Source of the DNA: Guillardia theta CCMP2712
Taxonomy: Eukaryota > Protista > Cryptophyta
Direction: 5' to 3'
Assembly: GCF_000315625.1 (NCBI RefSeq)
Contig: NW_005434628.1
Span: 32,495-96,494, forward strand
Length of the DNA stretch: 64,000 nt
Made by a program: the position numbers and the translations under genes. Below the pieces are notes generated by a model. It saw only the letters and a program-made list of their open reading frames with translations. It did no database searches and was not told where the DNA came from. Shown piece by piece: positions 13,159-25,990 of this stretch (positions within the stretch are counted from its first letter, which is position 1; every line of letters starts with the position of its first letter).

Positions 13159-15434
13159 TCACCTTGTCTCAGCTCTCTTATAGAAGAGCAAGTTTGCCTT
13201 CACGGCCATCACGAGCTTCTCGCTGACGGGTCGGCATGTCTCGCAGATTACCTCAACCCAGCTGCGGCGTCTCAGCGGTGTATCACCTCAAGGATCTTTG
13301 ACTGACCTGCTTGATTTGTTCTTCACGTACACAACATACTTGTGCTTGCTGGTCCAGCGTCAAGCTTGCTTGAAGTCTGAGTGGCTAACCACCTGCTCTT
13401 GTCGTGAACGATGACTGCGTAGAGCTGATACGTCGCGTTGCTGCCCCCTGTTGACATGGTGATGGAGGATACCAAGAAAGTGAGATGACCAGCGGCTCGA
13501 GTGCTTCCGTTGACTGAGAGCAGCTGGGGAAACATGACAAACTTTCGCTCGCGGGCATAAGATAAAGTCCTGCGAGTTGTTGAGGCTGAGGGGAAGAAAG
13601 TTGGAGGATGAATCACTCAGATCTCGACACATGCAAGCACAGGATGGGAGGAAATCGCCGAGGGTCGACGCGCTGCGACTCGTTGAGACAGTGGAATGAG
13701 AGCATACGCTGACCATGATGATGTTCGTCGAGTTGCAGGCCGGACATGCAAGGGCAGCATCTGGCAGCAGACGATCACCACGAGCAGGGAGAAACATGTG
13801 GAGTGGAGGGAGGAGGAATAAGGGAGAGAGATTGAGGAAAGGCAGGAGAAGCAGGGAGGAAGGGGCGGGGAGAGAGGAAAGGAGTCAGAAAGCGGAAGTG
13901 GAGGGTCAGAAAGGGGAAGGAGATACAGAAATGGGGCGAAGGGGAGGGGGGGCAGCAAGACAAACTGACCCGAGATGCGCGAAGATGAGCTGAACATGTG
14001 GGAAAGCGAGTCTTGGACCTATAAATCTGTCAAAGAGATGAGGAAGGGAGGCAGCAGGAGACGTCAAAGATGCCCGAGTCGAGGAAGAGAGAGAGGTATC
14101 GAAACCTGAGCTGTCCGTCAACAACTTCCCTCCTCTTGTCTCCTCCTCACTTGACTCTCCGTGAAAACGTCTCGTGGCACTCAGTACATTTGAGCTGATA
14201 GCGAAGCCGACCCACGAAAGTTTCTTCCACAAACGACCTGCAGTAGCAGCAGCATGTGGGTCACATCGGGCGGTCAGGTCGGGCCATGGACCCTAGGAGG
14301 GATGAACTCTGCACGTGCACAAGAGTCTCTTCTCGTCGCAACGTCGCCAGGAGGTGATGGAAGAACTTGAGAGGAGTCGGCTGAGCGCTCGAGAAGTTGA
14401 CCTTGCGTGCCGGTGAGACGAGCAGAAGAGAGGAACTGAGACCTTGGCAAGCAGCTCAGGCTCGCAACATTCATCGTCGATCTTAGAGAACATGGAGGAC
14501 ACTTGCAGCTTGTTGCGCGTGAGACTCTCACTCGACTCTCAACTTCTCCCTCACCTCCAGGCAGCAGAGGGCGCAGACCCCCAGGCGTCGGCAGCGCTTG
14601 GAGTGGCTGCGGGTGAGGGAAAAGTAGGAGATGGGAGGCGAATGCGCGAGCACCTATGACCTGCAATGAGATTCGAGAGCGAGCTTGAGAGCGAGGCACA
14701 TGCCTGAATCACAACATTGGCGAAACAATTCTGATCGTCACAGTGAAGGAGCCGCGGATTCTCTCTCAAGCTATGATGCCAGTGGAGGAGGAAGTTGGGG
14801 TAGCCGCGAGGAGATGGCGTGGGGTCACTGTGGGAAGTCTTGAGGTCGGTTTGCACTAGACTTTGACTCCGTTGCTGGTAAAACCTGCAGAAGCTTGACA
14901 GAGCTCAAGACCCAGGAGGTCCACCTGCTGTAGTCCAGCAGCGATCGAAACCTTTGAGGCACAACTGCAGCATGATGCTCCCGCTCCCGGTTGAACTGTC
15001 AAGAGTCGAGCATGAGAGCAAGCAGAGGTGAGAGTGAGGTACATGAGACCATGAGAGTGAGAGTGAGGTACATGAGACCATGAGAGTGAGAGTGAGGTAC
15101 ATGAGACCATGAGAGTGAGAGTGAGGTACATGAGACCATGAGAGTGAGAGTGAGGTACATGAGACCATGAGAGTGAGAGTGAGGTACATGAGACCATGAG
15201 AGTGAGAGTGAGGTACATGAGACCATGAGAGTGCGAGTGAGGTACATGAGACCATGAGAGTGCGAGTGAGGTACATGAGACCATGAGAGTGAGAGTGAGG
15301 TACATGAGACCATGAGAGTGAGAGTGAGGTATATGAGACCATGAGAGTGAGAGTGAGGTACATCTTTGAGGTCCCTTGTCGCCTTTATCTTCGGGCTTGT
15401 CACCACGAGGATCGCGAGCAGCAAGCGAGCGCAT
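13159..15434 (-). CDS. Divergent ubiquitin-specific protease (peptidase C19)-like protein, multi-exon
   Basis: Cys box (PRGYPN...NCFANVVIQ), CPAC zinc-knuckle, KFVMFPQLL, YQLYAVIVH, and C-terminal ANLLFYKR. The His/Asp box is degenerate and the start is approximate. Confidence 0.7.
15027..15363. repeat. 29-bp tandem repeat, ~11.5 copies, inside the first intron of the USP-like gene
   Basis: Unit GAGTGAGAGTGAGGTACATGAGACCATGA. Confidence 0.95.
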
Positions 15435-15713
15435 GCCATCAACGCGCTTTCATGGCTGATACGTTCCGACAAAACACCCGCACCGGTGGTAATCCTGGGA
15501 TTCCGACCGGTACTACATCACAGGATCCGAAACCTGCCAGCACAACTGCAGTGGAGGGGAGAAGCGACGTGAGGGGAGGTGAGGGGAGGGGAGGGGAGGG
15601 AGTGGCGAATCCCTCCCCTCCGGCAGTGGCGAGTCGCTTGCGATGACGGGGAGACGAGGGCGAGTAGAGGAGGGCGAGTAGAGGAGATGATGACAGGCAT
15701 GGCGAGCTGAGCG

Positions 15714-17311
15714 AGCTGGCTGTGCTCCCTCGGCGCAGGCTGGCCAGGAGGGAGGCTCTGGACGAGCTGGGGTATGGGCTGAGGGAGGCGCGGAGGGAGG
15801 AGAAGGGGAGAGGAAGCGGGAGGAGGAACGCGGCATGGGAGGAGGAAGAGCTCCGATGTGATACGGGGGGAGCAGTCAAGCAGGGACGTCAAGACGGCGT
15901 GCCTGAGGGAGCCGAGAGCACGGGCGGGAGGGAGCTTGCTGGGTGAGGAAGGGCTGGGCATAGAGGGCGAGCGTCGCTTGCTTGTACTGCTGCAGGCTGC
16001 TACAAGGGAGGGGTCGAGAGGCTCGTCGTCGATCTGCTGCGGGAGAGGCCAAGGCTGGGCGAGGACGCTGGGTTTGCGGGAGAAAAAGAGACACAAACAG
16101 GGAGGGAGGGAGGGAGGAGGGGAGGGAGGGGAAGGGCAAGAGGATGATGAGGGAGAGGAGCAGAGCAGATGTGTGGATCGGTGTAGAGGCTCTGCATCTG
16201 CTTCTTTGTCAGGCTTGCGATGTGTGGTACATGCCCAGGACCGTCACCTCTGCTCGAGCATCTAGGAAGGCAGTGGGAGCAGGGGCATGGGGAATGAAGG
16301 ATGTGTGGAGGCAGGAAGGAAGCGAAGCGAAGGAAGAGACCTGAGGAGCGGGACGGTGATCATGTAGGCATGAGTAAAGACAGACAAGCCAACAGATGTC
16401 TCGGAGGAGCCCGACCTCTGCTAGACGGACAGCAGGCGTCTCGAGCTCCTCTCGCAAGCATCAGGAGCACAGCTGCACGTGGACCGCCAGCAGGCGGAGC
16501 GCAAGCCCAGACCCGCGGGAAGCGACAAGCCGAGGAAGCAGGAGCTCCGCAGCCCAGCGAAGCGACGACCCCCCTGGTTGACGAGCGAGGGAGGTCGGAG
16601 ACTCGAATCGCAGGGGAAGGGAGGAGGAAGGGATGGGCTGCTGGTCGACTGTCGCAACCCGCCAGGGGCTCTTGCTGCTCGGACCCTGCCGGGACTCCGC
16701 AGCTTGCTCGTGGCACTCCTCCCTCCCTGTGCTCCTGCTTTGATGCAGCCGTCGCTCCCCTCCCTCCTCTCGTTTGTGACCTTCCTTCTGACCCCTGCCC
16801 CCCTCCCCTCTCCTCTCCCTTCTCCTGCTCCTCGCCGACCCGCTCGCCCATGTCGTGCTTGTCTGAGGGAGCCGCCTTCCTCGGCGCTTCTTGCAAGCTC
16901 CCCCGCCCCCCCGTCTCCCCCGGTGGCCACATCGTGTCATGCTTCACGCGCTCCTCCCGCTCCGCTGCGCGCGACAGTCGTACGAGGAGCCAGACGGCAG
17001 ACAAGCAGCGACGCAGCAAGCAACAACCCCAGCAAGCAGAGCAGACGCGTAGGCAACGAGGGAGAGGCCCAGGCTCGCGGCGCAGGCGGACCCAGGGGAG
17101 ACTGAGAGCAGCTGTACCCAGCTGCAGCGACAACACGCCAGGCACGTCAAGTACACGCAGCGCCAGACTCAGAGGTGACACGCTCGAGGCTTCATACATA
17201 CGATGATACCATCCCGTTCTCGCTCCTCCTCCTCCTCCTCCTCGCGCACCTACAAGCTCGTCGCGACGCTCCAACCGCTCGCGCAGGGCCTCGCCTCCTC
17301 CCTCGCTTCAA
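15714..17311 (+). repeat. ~1.6 kb direct duplication, copy 1
   Basis: Near-identical to 18064-19711, and the ORF track shows the same peptides twice. Confidence 0.9.
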
Positions 17312-18063
17312 GCTTTCTCGGTCTCTCAAGCTGCCACGCTGTCCTCCCTCCCCGGTCTCTCTTCCTCCCCGCCGGCCGGTCCCTGGCCTCTCTGAGTGCT
17401 CGTCTTGATGCGCATGCTTAGGTCGCCCCTGGTCGTCCTCGCCCTGCCGCTCCTCCTCCTCTGCCTCTCTCCTTGCCCCCTCCCTCCAGGCCGGGTCTAG
17501 AGGAAGCCGTCCTGCTTGTCCTTCGCCGCCGCCTCTCCGCCTTGCTTGTCGGCCTCGTGGAGGCACATGGCGAGGACGGGAGGCCTGACCCACCCCCAGA
17601 GACAAGGAGGGCGGGAGAGGTGAGCACCCACCTGTGAGAGGAGGAGGAGGGAGAAAATGCTGGTTCCCCTGTAGCCCCTCAGCCCTTACGCCATCTGTCC
17701 TAGCAGCGGAGCTACAGAACCTCCCCTTCCCTCCCCCCCCGCCTGTCTCTGTACCCTGCCTTTATACCCTCACCCCCTTTTATGCCGTCCCTCCGTCCCC
17801 CTACCCCCTTGTCTCTCACTGCCCCCATCCGCCCCTTGTCCCTCGGCTTGTCGCTCTCCCCGGCTGTCGCTTGGCCTGGCCTGGCCCGTCCTCTTGCCTG
17901 GCGAGAGGAGGGCTCTGGTCGGTGCGGCCTCGTGTCTCCTCTCCGGCTCCTCTCCTCTCGTCCTCTCTTTGTCCACGCCTCTTGTCTCCCCTCCCGCTCC
18001 TCGCCGCTTGCTCGTCTGACCTCGGGGATGACGACGCGCTTCGGGCAGTGGCGAGTCGCTTGC

Positions 18064-19711
18064 AGCTGGCTGTGCTGCCTCGGCGCAGGCTGGCCAGGAG
18101 GGAGGCTCTGGACGAGCTGGGGTATGGGCTGAGGGAAGCGCGGAGGGAGGGGAAGCAGGGACGTCAAGACGGCGTGCCTGAGGGAGCCGAGAGCACGGGC
18201 GGGAGGGAGCTTGCTGGGTGAGGAAGGGCTGGGCATAGAGGGCGAGCGTCGCTTGCTTGTACTGCTGCAGGCTGCTACAAGGGAGGGGTCGAGAGGCTCG
18301 TCGTCGATCTGCTGCGGGAGAGGCCAAGGCTGGGCGAGGACGCTGGGCTTGCGGGAGAAAAAGAGACACAAACAGGGAGGGAGGGAGGGAGGAGGGGAGG
18401 GAGGGGAAGGGCAAGAGGATGATGAGGGAGAGGAGCAGAGCAGATGTGTGGATCGGTGTAGAGGCTCTGCATCTGCTTCTTTGTCAGGCTTGCGATGTGT
18501 GGTACATGCCCAGGACCGTCACCTCTGCTCGAGCATCTATGAAGGCAGTGGGAGCAGGGGCATGGGGAATTGAAGATGTGTGGAGGCAGGAAGGAANNNN
18601 NNNNNNNNNNNNNNNNNNNNNNNNNNNNNNNNNNNNNNNNNNNNNNNNNNNNNNNNNNNNNNNNNNNNNNNNNNNNNNNNNNNNNNNNNNNNNNNNAGAC
18701 CTGAGGAGTCGCTATGGCACTACCACTGCGATAAAGACAGACAAGCCAACAGATGTCTCGGAGGAGCCCGACCTCTGCTAGACGGACAGCAGGCGTCTCG
18801 AGCTCCTCTCGCAAGCATCAGGAGCACAGCTGCACGTGGACCGCCAGCAGGCGGAGCGCAAGCCCAGACCCGCGGGAAGCGACAAGCCGAGGAAGCAGGA
18901 GCTCCGCAGCCCAGCGAAGCGACGACCCCCCTGGTTGACGAGCGAGGGAGGTCGGAGACTCGAATCGCAGGGGAAGGGAGGAGGAAGGGATGGGCTGCTG
19001 GTCGACTGTCGCAACCCACCAGGGGCTCTTGCTGCTCGGACCCTGCCGGGACTCCGCAGCTTGCTCGTGGCACTCCTCCCTCACTGTGCTCCTGCTTTGA
19101 TGCAGCCGTCGCTCCCCTCCCTCCTCTCGTTTGTGACCTTCCTTCTGACCCCTGCCCCCCTCCCCTCTCCTCTCCCTTCTCCTGCTCCTCGCCGACCCGC
19201 TCGCCCATGTCGTGCTTGTCTGAGGGAGCCGCCTTCCTCGGCGCTTCTTGCAAGCTCCCCCGCCCCCCCGTCTCCCCCAGTGGCCACATCGTGTCATGCT
19301 TCACGCGCTCCTCCCGCTCCGCTGCGCGCGACAGTCGTACGAGGAGCCAGACGGCAGACAAGCAGCGACGCAGCAAGCAACAACCCCAGCAAGCAGAGCA
19401 GACGCGTAGGCAACGAGGGAGAGGCCCAGGCTCGCGGCGCAGGCGGACCCCAGGGGAGACTGAGAGCAGCTGTACCCAGCTGCAGCGACAACACGCCAGG
19501 CACGTCAAGTACACGCAGCGCCAGACTCAGAGGTGACACGCTCGAGGCTTCATACATACGATGATACCATCCCGTTCTCGCTCCTCCTCCTTCTCCTCCT
19601 CCTCCTCCTCCTCCTCCTCCTCCTCCCCCTCCTTCTCCTCCTCGCGCACCTACAAGCTCGTCGCGACGCTCCAACCGCTCGCGCAGGGCCTCGCCTCCTC
19701 CCTCGCTTCAA
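18064..19711 (+). repeat. ~1.6 kb direct duplication, copy 2 (contains N gap 18597-18696)
   Basis: Differs from copy 1 by an indel near 18150, a few SNPs and a longer (CTC)n tract. Confidence 0.9.
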
Positions 19712-21988
19712 TCTGATCTGGATATCTGTGGTTCGCCATGATTGTGCTGCTTGAAATATTATTCCAATGTTTTAAGAGAAATGAGTTTTAAGAGAAATGA
19801 GATTGTTAAATATGAGAAGCTTTCAAATGATTTCATTGATGGAGATGGGATTTTAATGTGATGTGATGTGATGGTATGAGAGGAGAGGAGAGGAGATGTA
19901 GCTTGTGTAGCTTCTGTTGGTCAATGATGAGTCGAGTTTGTAAAAAACGAAAGTGAGAAACGAAGAGAACTTGAGATTGAATGATAGGATGATGGGGACG
20001 GGAGGGAGGACGAGGAAGAGAGAGTTACGAGTGAGAGCAGCTGACTGCTGCAAGGATTCGCGCATCCTCGTGTGAGAGCGAGGAGGAGGGCAGTATGCGC
20101 TGGGGCAGCCAAAGCATTTTCGACCCCCACCCCCACCCCCAAGAGGTTCACTACCCATTTGACAACAGCGAATCACCCCTCCTTATCAGCAAGAAAATGC
20201 TGTTTCCTTACCCGTTGGTCTATATTTCCTTCCTACGTTTCCTTACGAAAGCAGGCGGTTCTCTACCTGCCCCTGCCCCTGCTTCAACCCTTCTTGCTTC
20301 TAGCTCGATCCTCGCCATTCTTGCCCAGCTCCTGCTCTACATGCTCGATCATCTGCTTGTCAACTGCACCCATGCCTTGCTTTGATGTCTTGCTCTACTT
20401 GGTATTTATCGTGTATTTCTCCCTCACCATCAATATGTTCATGCCATGACACTCGCTGCTTTCCACCTGCAAGATGCACAAAAGCAGATGATGCGAGTGG
20501 CAACTAGATCAAATCATACAACATCGCATTGTGAGGGAGGGCTACAAGTCTGAGCAGCAGCTGATGAGGACCAGGGGAAGTTGAAATAGAAGATTGACAG
20601 CAACCATGTAGTGCAACTTGAGACCTCCGCCTCCATTGAGAGGGGGGGGGAGGCGGAGGTCTCAAGTTCTCGCACCTCGTCCAACGGTGTCAGATATCTG
20701 CATGTGCGATGTGCTGCTGCTTTCACTGGTCATGCACGCGTGGCAGGACCGAGATGAGAGTTTATGAGAGCGTGATGATGCATCTTGCCCCCAAGAACTC
20801 ACTGAGGTGCCTCATCCTCCGTCGTTGACGGTTAAGCTTTAGAGGAAGGTTTGCGATGTATGAATTGTCCCTTCCCTTGCTCTTTCCCAGGACCCTCCTC
20901 TTATTTCACACTTAAACATTCCCTTGACCTGCCTTTTCTCTGCTGCTATCCCTCTTTCGCTTTCTCCCCCTTCCTCCCCAAGATGCTCACCTCGTCCGAT
21001 AGCTAATTTTGCTCCCGATTGCTGCAAGCTCCTGTTGCACAATCAACTCCACAGAACAATATGGCACTTTTGTTCTCAAGTATGCGATTCTTCGCTGCTG
21101 GCGCTGTGATTTTGGCTGTGCCTGCTTCCTGTCATCATGGTGCCTTGTGTTCTCTCTAACCCTTGAGATCTTCAAGGCTCGTGTTTTAAACTTCATTTTT
21201 ATCGGTAAAAAAATGTGATTGGATTCGGGGTACACACCTTCTTGGAGGGACATAAACTATCTTCTTCCCTAGACTCGCTTCCTCTTTCCCTTGCCAGCCC
21301 TCAAGTTCCGGCTGGTGCTGCTGCCGCTGTCAGCCTTGAGCTCGAGTGTGACTGAAGGTCAACCTGACGACAGTCGGACTACTAGACTACCTGCTAGCAG
21401 ACCTGATAGGCTTAAGCCGCTGAGGGGTTGGCCCGACGTTTTCTTTCTTTTTCTTTTTCTTTTTTTTCTTTTGCCAACGCCCAAGCAGTCAGGTCCCGCC
21501 AAACGACAAGTGCCAAGTGAAGGCGGGGGGAGGCGGGTACAGACTTCGGGTGGGGTAGAAGAGGGGGGGTAGGGGTAGGGGGGTTGTGATGCAGGAGGGT
21601 GGACGAATGCTGACAGGGGGGCTTTTTTTATGGGCAGAGACCTCAGGATTAGCTCCTGGTACAAATGTTTTAGTCAAAGGGAGGGCTAACAACCAGAACC
21701 TTTGGCTTGCCAACCGTTGCGAGTTCAAGGTTCTCCCTCTGGCCTTCGCAAGGATCGTTCACCATCCTGCATACCTTCCTTCCTCCCTATCCTGTTCTGA
21801 AGGCGGAGCTGACTGGACATGCCCCGTCCCCCACGTCATCGAGCCTATGGACCCACACATATACGTCGATATCCACCTGTGCAACGAACAGCGATGATAA
21901 GGACAGCTTTGCAGTCTGTTGCAGATTAGTGTAACATGATCATGTAAGTTGTCGTGCAACGATTACAACCCAAGAATCTTGCGCATCT

Positions 21989-22478
21989 TTGGGAACATGC
22001 CAGTTCCCGAGTGCTCAACAGCAAGAGATCAATCGACCAGGGGGAGACACGTGCGTACGTCAAAGCATCGACCAGGAAACTGTATACAATGGACACAAAA
22101 GATGTCACTGTCTCAATTATCTTGGTGTTGTACTTAGAAATGGTATTCTCCTGATGAGTGGACCATATGAAGGTAGGAGGCATGGTGCAGCTCTGATGAG
22201 AGACAAATGTTATTCATGATCTGGGTGGAATGCAGGGCGCGCTGGGCCGCAACTTTTATCTATATGGGGATAGCGCATTCCCAATGAATATGGTATGTCA
22301 GCGTGCATTCAGAGCACCTCCAACAGCGGATCATGCTCGTTTGAACCTGATCATGTCCAAGTTTCGTATATCGGTTGAGAACAGCTTTGGCGAAGTCAAG
22401 AACAGTTGGCGGTATATTGAAAACAACATGAAAATAGGAATTCTTTTTCTGTTTGTTGCCATCTCCTTGTCTCTGTAA
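21989..22478 (+). pseudogene. PIF/Harbinger DDE transposase remnant (HARBI1/DDE_Tnp_4-like)
   Basis: INRPG...QETVYNGHKRCHCLNYLGVVLRNG...GPYEGRRHG, then after a stop/frameshift LYGDSAFP...NLIMSKFRISVENSFGEVKNSW. The RRHD Asp is replaced by Gly and the C-terminus is truncated. Confidence 0.85.
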
Positions 22479-22951
22479 AAAGTATCGATCCTGTCGACAA
22501 CATCTTGCCATACCTGCTCCCTTTCACCATAGGACTGGCGAGCATTACCAGATGCATTGCCCAAACCTCCTGAACAAGGACGCATTTGTTTCTTGAACTT
22601 GTTGACGTATTCCTCAAATTTGGAACTGATTGTCTTCCAATAAATGCCTTTGAAGAAAAGATCATCTATCTCCAACACACGGAGTAGGGCTTCCCACTGG
22701 GCAGTCTTGGCTCCTTCAATGATGGACAGATCCATGTCCAACCAGACTTTGGCCACTTTGAGCATCATTTCTGCAACAGTAGATTCATCAGATGGCCACT
22801 TTTTCCTTTTGCGTTCAGAACCATTGCCTGATGTACTCTGCAAACTGTCTGTAGAGATGTTACCCTCGTTTCCATTCACTGAAGCTGATTCTGGTTTTGT
22901 CGGATGCGCCGGTACAGCGTCATCGGAGGCTGGCAACATCTCATCTGCCAT
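22331..22951 (-). mobile_element. Harbinger-associated Myb/SANT-like (trihelix) ORF, 3'-truncated
   Basis: RKRKKW...AQWEALL...WKTISSKFEEYVNKFK...SG Trp pattern, convergent with the transposase as in two-gene Harbingers. Confidence 0.65.
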
Positions 22952-23199
22952 ACTGGAATCTTCCCACCCAAAATGTCACTCGACCCTTAATGCAACAGTT
23001 CCTAAAAAGAAAAACAAATTGGATAAAACTCTAAAAGTTAAGGTCGTGGTACAAATTATTGACTGATTTTAGGAAGAAACTCGATTGCTTTTCCCCTATA
23101 TCACAACGTCTCAAAACCAGACTAAAAAAACAAAGGTTAAAACCGCCGTGTAACGGCAGGAGCAGGTCGAAGGTTTCTGGCGCCCCCTCTAAATAACTC

Positions 23200-24760
23200 C
23201 AATCGGTAGTAGGGGTGGGTGAACGGATCCCTGTCCCTCTGAAGCGTTCAAGAGACAAAGAGAGGTCGTGTAACCTTTGTCTCAATAACCCCTCCTTTTG
23301 ACCATGTAATACGACTTAAGTCCTGGGTAGGTACTTGGGTGAAGGATCCGTACAAGGCATCAATTTTCAGAGAAAGGGGGGGTAGGGGTGCTTCTCCGAC
23401 CGGAGAGGTTTTGAAAATGCACTTCTTCGACTTTCTTCCATTCTATTAGTCTTCTTTTTATCTCGAGATCCCATCATGCCACCCTACCCTCGGACGTTTT
23501 GGAGAGCAAGTACCCTACCCCTATCCCCTCACCCGTGCCGAACATCGGAGGGGGGGGGGGGGTGCGAGGATTTGAAAACTTGCCCAATGCTTGAAACTCT
23601 ACCTCTGACGCTCATTTGACTACCCACCCTAATCCCCTCACCACCCACCCCTTTCGTAAAAAAGCCATTTCCTGATCTGAACTATAGTTTGTGAGGTACA
23701 AGGGTCTTGAGTCACCCCTGGGTAAGGCAGGGAATGAGGGGGTAGGGTCATGATTACTCAACAATCCAGTGGGACTCTTGCAGGGATTATAGGGATGGAT
23801 CATGGGGGGTGGAATATTGGTCCTGGTGGGGTACTGGGGTGGCAGGGGGTGGAGCAGAAGTATGGACAGATCTGTGTAAGAGTCGCAAAGAGAGGGGAAA
23901 GGAAGGGTGGGTGTCTGAATGAGGGGGGTGGGTTGGTAGACATGCTTGAGAGAGTGGGGTGAAAGTAAAGAGACGGTGGGGTAGTCAGAAATGGGGGTAG
24001 TTGGGGATGGTTTTTGGGTTCCAGAAGGCAGAAAAGGGGTCGAGCTGACGAACAGGGGTTATTCTGACCACATTAAGTGCTAAAATATATGGGTGGGTAA
24101 TTGAACAGACCCTCTTAACAGATATTTCTGTGTGCGGAAAAGAGAGTCGGCTGGGGTGGGTGGGGGGTCTAGTCCTGGTTAAGGGGTAGGGGTGAGATTG
24201 GGTCTCAGAGCAAGACCATGGGTGCTTGTCTGTTAAAGCAAGTAGGGGTGGATCTAAGGGTTCTCGGAGGGGGTGGGTGGGGGGAGGTGTTCCATCCTTG
24301 CAGGGAATGACCATTTTTGGGGTGGGGTGAGACGGTGAGGAGGGCAGGAAAGAAGGGGGGCCGGAAGGGTATCGGATATGAAAGGGGTGGGGTCAATGTC
24401 ACCAGGGGTAGGTGCTCGAACGGGAAGGGCGAAAGAGTGCCGTGCTTAGGCGGGAGGCATGGAGATGTTTGAGGGATGGGGAAAATTTATTGGAGCGTAA
24501 GGCCGAAAGAGCTGAAGTAGGGGCATGTGTTCAGGATCAGAGCAGTGAAATGGCTGGACGGGTGGTACCGGTCGGGCAAGGAGTAAAGAGGAAGGTGGGT
24601 ACATTGGAACTAGGGGTGGGGTAGAGGTCTTATGCATTGAAATCAGGGCGGCATGATTGGTTTATAAAAATCTCGGGGGGTTGGGTACAATCGACCTGGG
24701 GGTGGGGGTGGGGATGACGGGTGGGGGAGGGAAGGGGGGGGGGGTTGGAAGGTGAGGGGC
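23200..24760. repeat. GGGGTA/GGGTGG-rich degenerate intergenic block
   Basis: Dense G-tracts and no credible ORF. Similar blocks occur at 47440-47950, 51100-51600, 55900-56760 and 61770-62130. Confidence 0.6.
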
Positions 24761-25990
24761 GGGAAGTTTGATCGAGGGCGATGGTGAGAGCGAGGGGGGC
24801 GAGGGCGGAAGAGAGCGGGGAAGGAGGAGGAGGAAGAGGGTGTGTGCGGATGATTCTCCTTGCCCCTCTCATGTTGTGTTGCCTCTCTGTCTCATCCTAA
24901 TCTCATGCCCTTCTCTGCTCCTGTTGCTCGCTGCCTCGACCCAAGACCAGGATAGCGCTTGGTCTCATCTGGTGTCGTCTTGGGCGGCTGGGCAGCTGGA
25001 TATGGCGTCTTGTGCTATTTCAAGTTGCAAACGGTCCTTGTCTCAGTCCTTCAACGTGATGTCGAACTTGTAATTCCCCTCTACTGTTTGGTCCGACTGC
25101 AGTTGGTTTCCGGAAAGACTGGCACTGGGTAGCAGCAAGCAGGAATGAATCCGAGGGTAATGGGGAGGTGTGAGGTGCAGCTGCTGAGAGATTGTGCATT
25201 ATGGTCTATCGATGAGAGTAGCTGATCCTAGTACATAGCGATTTGATAGCAGAAGGACCCCAGCCGCCTCGTGTCGCCCTGGTGAGCAGAGGTTGGGTAG
25301 TGAGGCAAGCGAGGCATGCTCGAGGCTATCTAGCAGAGTGGATAGCCCAAGATTTGACACGCGAGCACTCTCTGTCGGGAAGATTTAACAGCTCCTGACG
25401 ACCTTGTTCGGATACGTGTATGCTTGTCTGATCGCGATCGCCTGTACATATGAAGAACAACATAAAGGCATGGAGACTTGTGTTGAACGCGCTGACTGAC
25501 TTTAGATTTGTGCTTTGTTTTCAGCCAGGAAGATTATGACTGATGTGTCTTGTATTGGTTTTAATCCTCCAAATTGTGTAGAATCGAATTGTATCAGTCA
25601 GGCAACGTAACCTACTAAAAAACCTAAACCCTAAACAGACCTCTCTTTTAGACTGGAATGAGCTGAAGCGCAAGCTGTGTAGAGGCATTAGACTGTTGCC
25701 TAGTGACAACGGGGGATTGAAGGCAGTGGTGAAATGGTGGATGCAATGTTGGAACTAGATGGAGCATCTTCAGGACTTGTCTTGTGTTAGCTCTTTGCAT
25801 GCAAGATGTTTTACAACATCCAGGAGCTGCTGACACTTAATTCCAGGTTTCATGTCCCCCGAGTATCACGATAGTAAGAGCTTGAGCACTCCGAAAAGAC
25901 TTGAGGTGAACGAGATGACAGAATAGCGAGCCTACTGTCAGTTCATGCGACTACGGGAAGAGATTGCCGGATTCCATTTCATCACTTGAA

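Noticed and set aside
15360-15439. Signal peptide MACARLLLAILVVT on the first USP (periplastid/SELMA-type DUB idea)
   Set aside because: That frame does not splice into the Cys-box frame using the visible junctions, whereas the MRSLAARD frame does.
16301-19564. Many overlapping 200-318 aa ORFs
   Set aside because: GC-rich duplicated repeat with open frames on both strands and no domain signal.
20230-21290. Possible decayed minus-strand gene
   Set aside because: Multiple stops and no recognisable motif.
24860-25900. Possible additional gene
   Set aside because: No consistent exon chain or motif could be built.
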